A DNA stretch of 64,000 nt from Tricharina praecox (taxonomy: Eukaryota), in NCBI RefSeq assembly GCF_024521635.1, contig NW_026250408.1:930001-994000 (forward strand), written 5' to 3'. Shown here piece after piece: positions 11,848 through 24,672 of this stretch. Position 1 is the stretch's first letter, and every line of letters starts with the position of its first letter. Made by a program: the position numbers and the translations under genes. The notes under the pieces are model-generated. The model saw only the letters and a list, made by a program, of their open reading frames with translations, made no database searches and was not told the DNA's origin.

Positions 11848-12815
11848 ATGGCCGCGGACGAAGAAGAGAGTATTCCTCTCACCCACGTCTATTCCCGCCT
11901 TCCCGGCGCGGAGGACGCTGGTTTAGAGGATACTGGTTCGGAGCCCACTCCCCCCACCCGTTCCTCCAGGCTGCTCGCCTGTCCTCTCAAGATATCCAAG
12001 CTTCCATGGATGGTCCACGGTCTCCTCATCATGGCCTACACCATCGGCTTCGTGGGCCTGTACGCCAGCTTTCCCGGCTCCTTGCATCCACACAAGTGGG
12101 ACTCCGACGAGCGCTCGCACATCTACTGTACGTCCCCACCTCCTCATCACTTAACCAAACTAACGCCCCTCCGCAGCTCCCCTCTGGGACCAAGTTGAAT
12201 ACAAGAACCTCCGTTTCAGCTCGGGCCCCTGGGTGAAGACTCCGTACAAGGGCGCGCCAACCCCCGCGATCGATGAGGCGTGGAACGCCATCGTGCCGCT
12301 GTACCTCATCCGCATCCCGGCCGCTGCCATCCCGCACCTCAACAAGTCCGCCACCGCCGCGACCTTCCCGGGCTCGAGCGACTATCTGGGCACCGTCGAT
12401 GCGTTCCACCAGCTGCACTGTGTCAACCTGGTTAGGAAGTACACCTACGCCGATTACTATAAGGACATTGATATCGCGTGGAGGGATCCGCCCGACATGT
12501 TGAGGACTCATGTCGACCATTGCATCGATGTGCTCAGGCAGAAGATCATGTGCGACGCCGACGTCTGTAAGTTGTTGTTCTTGTTCTGGTTATACGGCTG
12601 GAAAATTCGAGCGCAGCTGACTGGTGGTGGAAGCGGTGATCACCTACTCCTGGGTCGAGGGCCGCGAGCACGTCCTCCCCGACTTCTCGAACACACACCG
12701 GTGCAGAAACTTCGACAAGGTGCGGGACTGGGTTCTGGAAAACAAGATGGATATGGGCTCGAGGGAAATCACCAAGAGTAAGGAGGCGGTCAGTGTGCCT
12801 ACCGAGGCGCTCTGA
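11848..12815 (+). CDS. DUF3328 / UstYa-family oxidase (putative RiPP cyclase), ~283 aa
   Basis: Exons 11848-12127, 12177-12566 and 12634-12815. N-terminal TM helix (WMVHGLLIMAYTIGFVGLY), YSPLWDQVEY, PYKGAPTPAIDEAW, twin HxxHC motifs FHQLHC and HVDHCIDVLRQKIMCDAD, and PDFSNTHRCRNFDKVRDW. Confidence 0.95.
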
Positions 12816-12872
12816 GTTACCTCTGAGCTTGTACATATGGTGTCACTCGTGGAAGTAACGAGTGCTTCACTA

Positions 12873-12949
12873 TGACATTGAAAGTACATACACTCTGACA
12901 ATGAAAGTACATACACTCTGACAATGAAAGTACATACTCTACACTCTGA
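12873..12949. repeat. 23-bp tandem repeat (TGACAATGAAAGTACATACACTC) x~3 in the DUF3328 3' region
   Basis: Read directly from the sequence. Confidence 0.85.
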
Positions 12950-15487
12950 TGCATAGCAGTCTGGTTCCGCTGTGGGATGAAAACTGTGTGGCGTTTTGTG
13001 ACAGGTGCACACTAACTATCTCGCGGGGAAAAGTGGGGTACTTCTTTCTGTACTCGGATACCGGTAACTATTCGGACCCAGCTGAGGCAGCTTGGTAGCT
13101 TGGTGGGCTCTGGGTACTGCATGGTGGAATTTAAGCGCGACCCGGTACCAACGAATGGTTGGGCGAGAAAGAAAGTGGCAAAGTGCTATGTAACTATTAG
13201 CTTTCGTGCATACTCTGCCTGGCTGACATGCGGCGCATTGCCGCGTCCCCTAACTATGATAGCGCGGTATGCATCCGCAACCGCTCTTTCCTTCTTTCCT
13301 TCGAAGCTTCGAAGCTTCGGAATGTTATCCACCCGCCTCGTGGTTCGTCAAAATATTCGTCCTAAGAACCGGGTCGTTATGGGGGACCAGGCAAGCCGTT
13401 CTCCCGGAAGCAGCAGCACGTTTGAGGTTGTCACGTTAAGAGTTTCGTCAATGATAACTACGGTGCCTATGACCGAGAACCCCACAACCCGGATGCGTGC
13501 CGACATGGCGTGAGAAGGACGGGTATAGTTGCCGCTGTCATGCTTCTTCGTTTGCAGTTGTATACATATCCGCATGCATTCCAGCTGAACAGCGTGGCTA
13601 CACATATTCGAAGCTACCGCATGTATGGCTTCTGGATAGGTAACCGTGCTCCGCACCGGCATCTCGGACACTCGATACGGCACGGTATCGATTCCCTTGG
13701 ACGATTACGCGGATACTATACCTACGCGAGGATCCGCAGCCGAATCATACGTACCGTGGTCCGTATGGAGTCTTGCAAGGCGTGTTGATGCGGTTCCGTC
13801 TTAGCCGCCGCGTCTGACCGAAGCTGACTAATTCTTCGTACATACGTACAGATCTTTCGGGAGCGGCCGTTGCTTCCTTCTCGGTGCCAGAACCCTACGG
13901 TATTCAACACTTGAAGATGTATCCGGATTCTGCGTGCCGTAGCCCTACTCCTCGCGGCAAGATCTGATGCGAGACACTGGAATCCGACACCGTGCCGGCC
14001 TACGGTGGGCGAGATGGGAGGAAACCATGTATCCGACTCCTCCGTGGGGTTGATACATGCTGGGGAGTTAGCCTATCCGCCGCCACCATCACCCCACACG
14101 GAGATATATATCCAGGTACGAGTGCTGATAAACCTATATCTAAAGCTTGATTACCAGCACATGCCACACGGGCGAGAACGAGTGTTACACTGGAGCCACT
14201 CCCAGTCCACGGCATCCGAGACTCTGGAAGACGAAAGGCATGGGACGAGATGAGATTCGACAATTGGTTGGCTAGCGTCCAAGCGTCTGCTCTAGTTAGC
14301 GGCAGCTTTGTATTGGTTGGTTCGGCTTGGTGGCAGAAGCGTTTCGAGATGGGCCGGCTGAAACGGAGTGATTCTTGCCCCTGTGGCCTGACTGACTGAC
14401 TGACTGACGGCATAAACGCTGAGAATCGCCAGCGGTTCCAGCAACGATGCGTGGGGCGAATAACGAAGGAGAAGGAGAGAGCGGGGGGCTCGGATACGTC
14501 AAAAAGATGAAAGAATCAGGCCATTCGTGCCCAGCTTGGCACGTCGTCTGTCTGAAGTATTCTCGATCTGCAGACACCGACTTTCTGTGATGGGGATTCT
14601 GGTTATGCACCACGAAGTACCCCTGGCCGCGTGTAAAGTAGAATGTTCTATGTTCCCAGGGAGCACCGTGGCGCAGGAGTAGCAACCGTAGTTACTTGTT
14701 ACCGTAGTTACCTGCCTGCCTGCATACTCAGCACGCGAAGCCGATCTCTTCAGCCTTCAGCTTCCGTACCTTTTTCTCTCCTCCCTCCTCCCCCCCCTTC
14801 TGGGAATATATACAAACTACATACAAACTCACTCAGCAAGCATCCAAGCATACAACAAGCATACACCGTCCCACCACTCACAGCAGCGTTCCAACCGCTG
14901 CTGCAGCTTGTCCCCCCCGCCTCCCCTCCTCCTCCCCGGATACGCGTTTTTTCCATATCTGCGTTGCATTTTCACCTTCTTCTTTGTCCCTCGTTCTTAC
15001 TCTAAATATCCGTGAAGGCCGTCCCGCCAGCGTGCATCGCCGAAGCGTCTTTCTTGCGCGTGGGCAATACCGACAGCTAGCAACAAGCAAAGCAACATCT
15101 ACCGCTCTCCTTTCTTTGGCACGAAGCGGACCTCCACCGACGGACGACCAACAAGAATCAGAAACCCCCCCGTCGCTGCCCACACCCCCCCCCTCCTCCT
15201 CTTACCACTACTCCTCCTCCTCCGCCGCGCTTACTACAACTTACCAACATCGTACGATCCTCTTCCGCCGTTTCCGAATAGAATAAAAAAGAACACCGCC
15301 GCTTGCTACTAGTTCTCTCGACAACCGTTCAACAGCAGTTCAGCTGGTCCTGAACACCAACTCCGACAACACACCACCTACCTACCTACCAACGACCTAC
15401 CAACTACCTACCTACCTTTCCACCCACCAATACATCGTTCAACAGCTGGCGACGGAGCGCCGAGCGCCCGCAAAGAATCACAACAAG

Positions 15488-17562
15488 ATGAGCACAATGG
15501 AAATGTCTAATCGATCGCTCAATTCGCAATCCGAGAGGTCTCGATGGCCAGCTCTAGCCACCAGAATGGGCGCAGCGGATATCGTCAACTCGGGTTCGAA
15601 GACGCTGTCACTGGGACAAAAGATTGACCGCTGGATGGTGAACGAGGGATATCGGAGGATGTGGGTGCTCTTGTTACGGCTTGCTTATTTGTGTCCCGTG
15701 CTAATGAATGTGGTTGCAGCTTCATCGGCGTGTTCATACTACTGCATCTGCTGGTGTTCGGATTTGGCTTCATCCATTATTCGTTAAAAGTTTGGCTGCC
15801 CGTTCCTGTGATCGAATGCACATACGGTACTGATGCCGTGTGACAGGATAATCTGGTCGGGCCGCGAGCAACATTTGGTGTCACTTTGCCTATAGCGAGG
15901 TCGGCCGCGTTGGTTCTCCATGTCGATGCTGCACTCATTCTCTTCCGTGAGTACATTCTACAAGTGTAATAGCGATAGATGCTGATTGGTGGTAGCTGTA
16001 TGTCGCAACCTGATTTCGATGGCCCGACAAACCGCCCTCAATGGAGTTGTTCCCTTCGGTAAGTTTTCATTCAAATTTTACCGTGAACACTAGCTAACTG
16101 ATGACAGACAAGAATATTGCTCTTCACAAGAGTGACTACCACCCCATCCCGACTGTCCCAGGAGCACACGTAGCTGACTTCATATTAGTGACGGGATGGT
16201 CAATAGTGTTGTTCTCTTGGCTTCACACCATCGCTCATTGGAACAACTTCGCGCAGCTCGCCATCAAGCAAAAGCTCGGCTTTGTCGGCTGGCTCCAAGC
16301 CAACTTTGTTTCGGGACCAGGCTGGACGGGATACATCATGTTGACGTGTCTGATGGCAATGGCAATCACCGCCCTGGAAGGGCCCAAGCGCAAGAAGTTC
16401 GAGAGGTTCTGGTATATTCACCATCTCTTCCTGGTCTTCTTCTTCTTCTGGTCTTTCCACGGCTCGTTCTGCATGATCAAGCCGGACAGGGCCCCGTTCT
16501 GCGCTAGTATCGGAGTTTTTTGGAAATTCTGGATGGTGGGTGGCCTGCTCTACTTGGGCGAGAGGACTTGGCGCGAGATCCGGGGAAAGCACCAGACGTA
16601 CATCAGCAAAGTCATCGAACATCCCAGCAATGTCGTCGAGATCCAGATCATGAAGGAGCGCACCACGGCCAGGGCCGGACAGTACATCTTCCTGTGCTGC
16701 CCCGAGGTTTCCATCTGGCAGTACCATCCGTTCACTCTCACGAGTGCCCCAGAGGAGGACTACATCTCGGTCCATGTCCGCATGGTTGGTGACTTTACCA
16801 AGGCGCTCGGAAAGACGCTAGGGTGCAACTTGGAGAAGAAGGAGGAGAGCGGTAGGGACGCAAAGCGGAACAGGAGAGAGTCTAGGATCATTGGAGTGGA
16901 CAAGAACACCAAGGAGGATGTCGACCCGGCCATCCGCAGAGTTCTGCCTAGGGTCTACATCGACGGACCGTTCGGAAGTGCCTCCGAGGATGTGTTCAAA
17001 TACGAGGTCGCTGTCCTGGTCGGTGCCGGTATCGGTGTTACTCCTTTCGCATCTATCCTCAAGAGTATCTGGTACAGGAGCAACTACCCCCAGAAGAAGA
17101 CTAGGCTTCACAAGGTATACTTCTTTTGGATTTGCCGAGACTTTGGTTCGTTCGAGTGGTTCCGTTCGCTTCTTTTGGCCATCGAAGCGCAGGATATTGG
17201 TCACTTGATCGAAATCCACACCTACCTCACAGCCAAGATTAAACCCGATGATGCTACCAACATCATGATCAACGACGCGAACGCCGAGAAGGATGCCATC
17301 ACTGGACTGCGTGCGCCCACCAACTTCGGTCGGCCGAATTGGGACACCGTGTTCAAGAGCATCCGCTCGATCCACAAGCCCGCCGAGTGCGGTGTGTTTT
17401 TCTGCGGGCCCAAGGCCTTGGGATCAACATTGCACGTCAAGTGTAATCAGTACTCGGAGCCGGGATTCTCTTTCGTCTGGTATGTTTCGCCTTATCTTAT
17501 CTCCGCTTCCGCGGCCAGTGTGCTAACGGTTTCATCTCTGTAGGGGCAAGGAGAATTTCTAG
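15488..17562 (+). CDS. noxB: NADPH oxidase catalytic subunit, NoxB/Nox2 type
   Basis: N-terminal extension SERSRW...DRWMVNEGYRR, heme His pairs (HTIAH, HHLF...FHG), FAD motif HPFTLTSAPEED, NADPH motifs GAGIGVTPF and FFCGP. The last intron gives WGKENF*. About 7 introns. Confidence 0.93.
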
Positions 17563-18140
17563 ACGGGTCTCTGTGGGTGTGTATACTAGTACGCAACGTT
17601 GCTTAGGGTCTAAACAGCCGCGGGGTGTACGATGATTCAATGCGATTTTTCTTTTTTCTTTTTTCTTTCACGGTGTCAACCTTTACATAAAGTTTTTTAT
17701 GCGGATAGTGAAGTTTGTGCTGTGGAGTTTTTTTTTGTTCTTTCTGATATATCTTGAATCCTGTGCGATATCTCTTTTTTCTTTTTTCCTTGCTGCATTA
17801 CTTTAGGGGTTTATTATTTTCTTAGGGATACCCAAATCATGTCTGCCATCTTTCTTGCGTTTTATCATCATGGGTAATCGTGAGTGGGGGATGAAGATTG
17901 TTGTGCTGTAACATTGCTCCCCTGCCGAGAACCTACAGCCTTCCTTCCTTTAGAGGATATCTAGCTCGGGCCGTTTCATGAGGGGGGGAATCGGAACCCC
18001 GAGGTCTGCAACACCCGTTCGTCACACATGATGAAACTTCACTGGTCAAAGGAGTCAAAAAGTGGTCTGATTTTCTGCTCTTTTGATACTCCGATAGGTA
18101 GCCGCCCCGCGCGCGCGCCCATTCAGGATACCATCATGAT

Positions 18141-19297
18141 TCATGAATGATGCCGCTGATGTACTTGTGTGCTGCTTTCCAGGGAGATGCTGGTTGTGCG
18201 CAGCTGGCGCATAATGTACTCGTAGATTGCCCACTGTTGTTTTGGTCTCGAGTCAGTGAGTGTGGAGGGGTGAGGGGAGTGGGGGAGTGGGGGAGTGGAG
18301 GAGTGGGGGGACAAGCCTGTACTGCGTTTACCTGTGGCGTCACCAAGTGTCAATCGACCGTTTCCTGCGGAAAGTGAGAATGGATGGGATGTTCAACCTA
18401 CCAAAAAAGCTCGTGCCATGCTAATTTTCCGCATCAGTACTATCCTTTCTCATTCATCGTTAGTAGGTAGAGCAAATGGGGGACTCACCAAACCCCCATC
18501 CCGTCAAAGAACACCCTCATCCCGCCATCCCTCCACGCCCTCCGCGCACACTCTCTCGCGCCAAACCCACCATGCCACGCTCTTCCCGCGCGGGCGCCCA
18601 GCAACCAGCTCCGCTCCGTCGCCGCCGCCGCCGCTGTACCCAAAACCTGCGTCTGCACCCTCGTCTTCACCACATCCAGCGGGTAAATACTCGCCCACGT
18701 AGCCACGCCGGCGGCGCCTCCGGCCACCAGAATCGCCAGCTGCCCCTCCGGCTCCGCAAACGCCGGCCTAACCGCTTCATAAGTGGAAAAATAGAAGCCG
18801 TAGCCAATACTATCCCTCAGCGCCGTGACCACGCCGCCGAGATACAGCCCGCGAATCCCGTGCGCCCTCAGCAGCTCCATTGCCACTGCGGCCGAGGACC
18901 TGTGCTGCGCCGACAGCTGCGCTCGGCATTTTATCACCTCGGTGGGCGCGGAGATGGTGAAGGTTGCGAGCCCGGCGAGGGCGCCGGCAGTGAAGATCCC
19001 GGGGAGCGTTTGTGGGAGGTATGGCAGCGACCGGTTGTACGCCGTGAAAAGGACGGCGTTGAGGGCGCCGTAGGTCAGCAGTGGTGGCGTGGCCCCGCGC
19101 AGCGTCGACAGCGGCGTGCTGAACGTGTACGTGGAGGTGCTGGAGAAAGTGCCCGTCTGTAGCCGTGCTTTGATTATGTCCAAGGGACTCCCGAGGAGGA
19201 TCCCCGCTGCGCCGGAGATGTAGCTGGGGATTTATGTTAGCTCGGGGACAGTGAGGGCAGAGGGCGACGGTGGGTACCCAGCAATGAAGTCGGCCAT
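18141..19297 (-). CDS. Mitochondrial carrier protein (SLC25 family; amino acid/carnitine-type)
   Basis: Starts MADFIAG (intron). Three PX[DE]XXK motifs (PLDIIKAR, PTEVIKCR, PLDVVKTR). Small 3' exons give RAFLVNAVQWAIYEYIMR. Confidence 0.88.
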
Positions 19298-19628
19298 AGC
19301 AATAGGTTGTGGTGGACGTGTAAGGGCATGGTTGCCAGTTCGGTGAGGGTCATGCGGCTATTCGCTATCTATTCCGGAACCTTTTGTCCGAGGTTATTTT
19401 GACTGGAAATTTGTTTACTGGGGCAGGTGGAATGGAGCTAGGCGTGCCGAGTGAGGTACCTGGGGCTAGGTAGCGATGCTCTGATCTGTACCACCTCACC
19501 TCCTTGACGACACGCTTCACTAACCACCTCAGCTCCAACCCGACACTCCTTTCGATCAACACTCTTTACCACCAACTCTACCAACTTTCTCACGTACCGT
19601 TCCACACACACGACAAACAATAGCAGCA

Positions 19629-20475
<847 letters not shown>

Positions 20476-20998
20476 CGGTGGGGGTTGTTACGTGATTTGT
20501 GTGGCTTGTTTTGTTTGCGATCTTTCGTTGGTTTGGTAATGGGGGGTAAATAATGCGTATGGGTTGAACCGGAGTTTGTTCCTTCGTCGGTGATGATTCT
20601 CGAGAGGTGACATGGCCGGACAAGAGTAAAGGCCAGGCGCTTTTGAGCAACCGTAACTTGATGTCTTCGTTGTTTATGGTGCTAGTGCTGTAGACCGCTG
20701 AGAACCCCACGTTGATGGCCTTGAGCCATCTCCCGTAGTTCAGTCAAACTGTCTTCTCACAATTTGACGACATATCCAATTCCATCGTTCGCAACATTTC
20801 TTAAGAACTTAAGAGGCCGACTGCGTTCTCCCGCAATTTACAATTATACATCGCACCAACCACGCTGCTACCCGCACCCTGCACAAGTTGTCAACAGCTC
20901 CATCCCAGTTACAGGCGCAGCTCCAGCTCCCCACCACTACCTCTACCTCTAGTTACCACCAACACACGACCCGCCAACGCCAATTCTACAATTCCACA

Positions 20999-21844
20999 AT
21001 GCTGGAAGTTCCGCTCCGCCTCCGGCGCGCAATCCACGTCGACAACCTCCCGATCGTCGTGCGCATCCTCAAGAACCACCCAAACGCCCTGCCGACGCCC
21101 GACATCCCGGGCAACACCTCGCTCCACCTCGCCGCCAGTTGGGGCCGGCTGAACATAACCAAGTTCCTGGTCGAGCGCGAGGGCGTCGCCGCGATCAGCA
21201 GGCGCAACAACGACGGCGATACGCCGCTGCTGCTGGCGGCCGCCGCGGGTCACGACGATGTGGTCGCGTACCTTGCCGCGAAGGGCGGGAGAGAAGCCCT
21301 CGATACCAAGAACCGCTTGGGGTTCACGCCGCTGATGGCGGCGGCCGTGGCAGGCGTCGATGGCGTCGTCAATGTGAGCACTGGCATCTTGTGGGAAGGG
21401 ACGGAGCAGGGCTAATTGGCGGGTTGACTGCGGCAGACTCTCCTCGATTACCTCGCCGACCCCGAGCTGATCGATGCTCTCGGAAACACGACGCTGCATT
21501 ATGCGAGTGCCTACGGACACGAGAAGATTATGCGAACGCTGGTGGAGAGGGGGGTTACGGTCGACAGACAGAACCGGCAGGGCTGGCGGCCCATCAGCTA
21601 CAGCTGTACGTGGGAGGCCGAGAGATTTTTCGAGCAGTTGATCCAGGAGCGGGAGGTTAGATATTTGCAGGCTGGAGCCAGTGGGGTACAGGGCGAGAGG
21701 GAGAGGGAGCGGGTGAGGGCGCCGACACCAGTGCCCGCAAGGAGCGATTGGCCTATTCCTGCCGCTGCAATTCCGCCGGTAGCCGTGCCTGCAACGGTGA
21801 TGGAGGTGGTGGGTGGGAGGCCGAGGGCCAGTAGTGGCAGTTAA
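20999..21844 (+). CDS. Ankyrin-repeat protein (Avo2-like)
   Basis: MLEVPLRLRRAI, GNTSLHLAA, GDTPLLLAA, GFTPLMAAA, then an intron near 21374-21437, then GNTTLHYASAYGH. Confidence 0.8.
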
Positions 21845-21995
21845 GGAGGTACGGTTGGTATTGACGCGTTGGATTCTATGCTGCTGCTGCTTTTATATAT
21901 CCTTTTGCCCCCATCTATACACTACTGAAGAATACCCTAATCAGGGGAAATAAATAACGCCATGCTCCAGTCCTTTCATGTGCACAATCCTCCGT

Positions 21996-23864
21996 CTACC
22001 GCTTCGCCTTTTTCTTCTTCCCCCCTCCACTGCTACCACCTTTTACAGGAACTAGCTTAGCATGACCAGGGTTCTCTTTGAGGTGATTGAAAAGCTTCGT
22101 TTTCGACGGAAAAGACTCTCTACAGCTTGAACAGTTGAACTGTACACAGCCATGTCAGTCGCCACTCACCACGCTCCATATCGAGGGGAAACCCACATCG
22201 GTCTGCGCCTGTTCCTCCTCCACCGCCGCCTTTTGTGCACGTTTCGCTCGCTTAGCTTTCGCCTTACCGACTTTGGTGGCGGGCTTGGAGTCTTCATGGT
22301 CTGAGATTGCCGTGGAGGCGAGGCCGCTTGATATCCCGTCCAGACCCTCATCCTCACCGAGTATTCGCGCTTGGAATTTCTCTGCTGAGACGTATTCATC
22401 CGTGTCTGAGTCTTCTGCTGGTTTTTGCTCTGGTTCTGGTGCTGGTGTGGCGGGAGTCTCTGTATCTATTACTTCCTGCTCTTTAGGAGCAGGTGTGGGC
22501 TCCTTCGTATCCAGGCTATCATCCAAGATATGGTTCTCCTCCGCCGATAACTCTTCCTCGTCTTCCATGAGCGTATACTCAGCCTCAGGTTTGTAAGCCC
22601 TCCCCCTGACGTCTCTGTCTAGATCGAACTCCTGATTCTCCTTCATCATTTGCCGCTTTAGCTGCTGCACCGCTTTGACGTGTTTCTTGCTTTTCTCGTG
22701 AGCATCCATCTGGCCCTGGCTGCGGAACACTTTCTTGCAGATGATGCACTCGTATCGCTCCTCCTCCTCCTCTTCTTCCTCTTCGGCCTCCTCATCACTC
22801 GCCACCGTTTCCCCCTCCACCTGCTCCCCATCCAACTCCCCATCCCCCTCCTCCTCCTCCTCCTCCTCGCTTTCAGACCCCTCATCCTTATCATCGCGAA
22901 CCTGAGTCCAATCCGCGGCCTTATACTCCCCCCGATTCTTCTTATTCTCCTCTCTTTGCCTCATAGCCTGCTCCCTGCTCTTCTTCAACAACGCCGCCTG
23001 CCGCTCTTTCTCGGTCATCGAGTTCGGCGTATACCTCGGATCTCTCTTCCTCACAAACTTAACAAACGATGCAACCGTATCATTAAATTCCCTTCTCGCC
23101 ATTTCCCTGGCCTTCATATTCTCCTTCTCCATGGCCCTCTTGACCCTCCGGTCTGGAGCGTCGGTATACCGATAAACATCGCACCACGAAAAACTTTTTC
23201 TTGTCGCAAAATTCGTCCACGCAAGGTAGAAATCCTTAATTGTCCCCGACTCATACGTATCCCGCTCGCCTCCAAAGCTGGGATAATAAACCGGATCTTC
23301 ACCCTCCCACTCCGCCGCTTTCACCTCTTCATCCGCAAGCTGTCGGAAACTCTTTCTCAAAAGCTGATAAAATCCTTGCGGGTCACTCTCGTCGAACGAG
23401 GTGTTTATACTGAAATGGCCGAACCAGTCCAGAATGTCTGAAGATGTGGTTACATCCACGGGCTTCGATCCTTCCCCAGGATCTCCAGGCTGGTGGCCGC
23501 GCAAGATGGCGTCCCGGTGGGAATCGTACCATGCCCGTTCCTGCGGATCAGAGAGAACCTCGTAGGCAGCCTGTGCCTCGGCGAACAGGGCGGTGGTGCG
23601 CTCAACGTCTTGGTAGTTCCGGTCGGGGTGGAGCTCGAGCGCTTTTTTGCGGTAGGCTTTCTTGATCCTGCGATTGATTGATTGATTAGTTAGCGGCGGG
23701 GGAGAGGCGCGACAGGGGGGTGGGCGCAGGCGCACGAACTCTTCTGGTGTCGCGGAGCGCTCGATGGATAGGAGCGTGTAGTAGCAGGTTTTTGTCGGTT
23801 CTGTGACGGCGGCGGTCCGGCCTTGGCCTTGGCCGCCCGCGTCGGAGGACGGTGTTTGGCCCAT
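21996..23864 (-). CDS. JJJ1: J-domain protein with C2H2 zinc fingers (Jjj1/DNAJC21-like ribosome biogenesis co-chaperone)
   Basis: CYYTLL...IKKAYRKKALELHPDRN, AYEVLSDPQERAWYDSHR, APDRRVKRAMEKEN, C2H2 finger CIICKKVFRS...HEKSKKH; a second finger follows the last intron. Confidence 0.9.
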
Positions 23865-24672
23865 TGTTTGTCGTGTCGTCGAGTGCTAGTTGGATGCGTG
23901 GGAGCTGTTGGAGTTTTGTTTCGTGTAGTTACAGTTAGTGGTGGTGGGCAAGGTGGGGGGCTTGGCGGAGAAGACTCAGAGGTGATACACTATGATTCGA
24001 CAGAGGGCACGTGACGGTTCTGATTGAGACTCAGGTATGCCTTGAACTGCGATTGGTCTTTTTGAATGGGCAGCAAGAAAGGGTATGGCCTGAACTTACG
24101 TGCCCCATTCATGGTGTTAGGACACACTGAATATTTAGTGCATCTCTACTCATTCGCTAGGTTTTAACAAGCTCGCGAGAGCTGTTTGAACGAATGATGA
24201 TTACATACCCAACTTAAACCTACATCTCATGATATTAATAGCTTAGCCTCTGACTCGATATCGTCAACGAAGTATATCCTGTGAGCATGGACCAGCAAAA
24301 ATTCTGGCTGATGGTGCCAGGCCGGGAATGCGCAAATGTGAAAAACCTCAATAACAGATAATTCCACAGCCGGGGCATAAGAAAAACAGCCGCGTGTATA
24401 CGGAGGATCTCCAGCAGAAGGCGACTGATAGACATTCGCAGCTACGATCAGAGCAGGAAGGTCTCGTTAGAGTTTGCCCTCCCTGAAGTTAGAGTTCCAA
24501 ACTTCGACATAAGCCACCTCAGCATGTAGCAAACCGAACCTAGATATCAACTCTATGAGCTAAGAGGTCATACTTTTTTACAAAAGTTTCATTGAGCTTT
24601 CCTCTCTATCAAAAAGCTCGGTGTCTCCTTTCCCTTCCCGTAACATCCCTCCCCTCCACCACCACCGCAATC

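Noticed and set aside
15488..17562. NoxB (or the Chs4-like gene) as part of the RiPP cluster
   Set aside because: Both are conserved housekeeping or developmental genes separated from the pair by 1.6-2.7 kb of non-coding DNA; only proximity links them.
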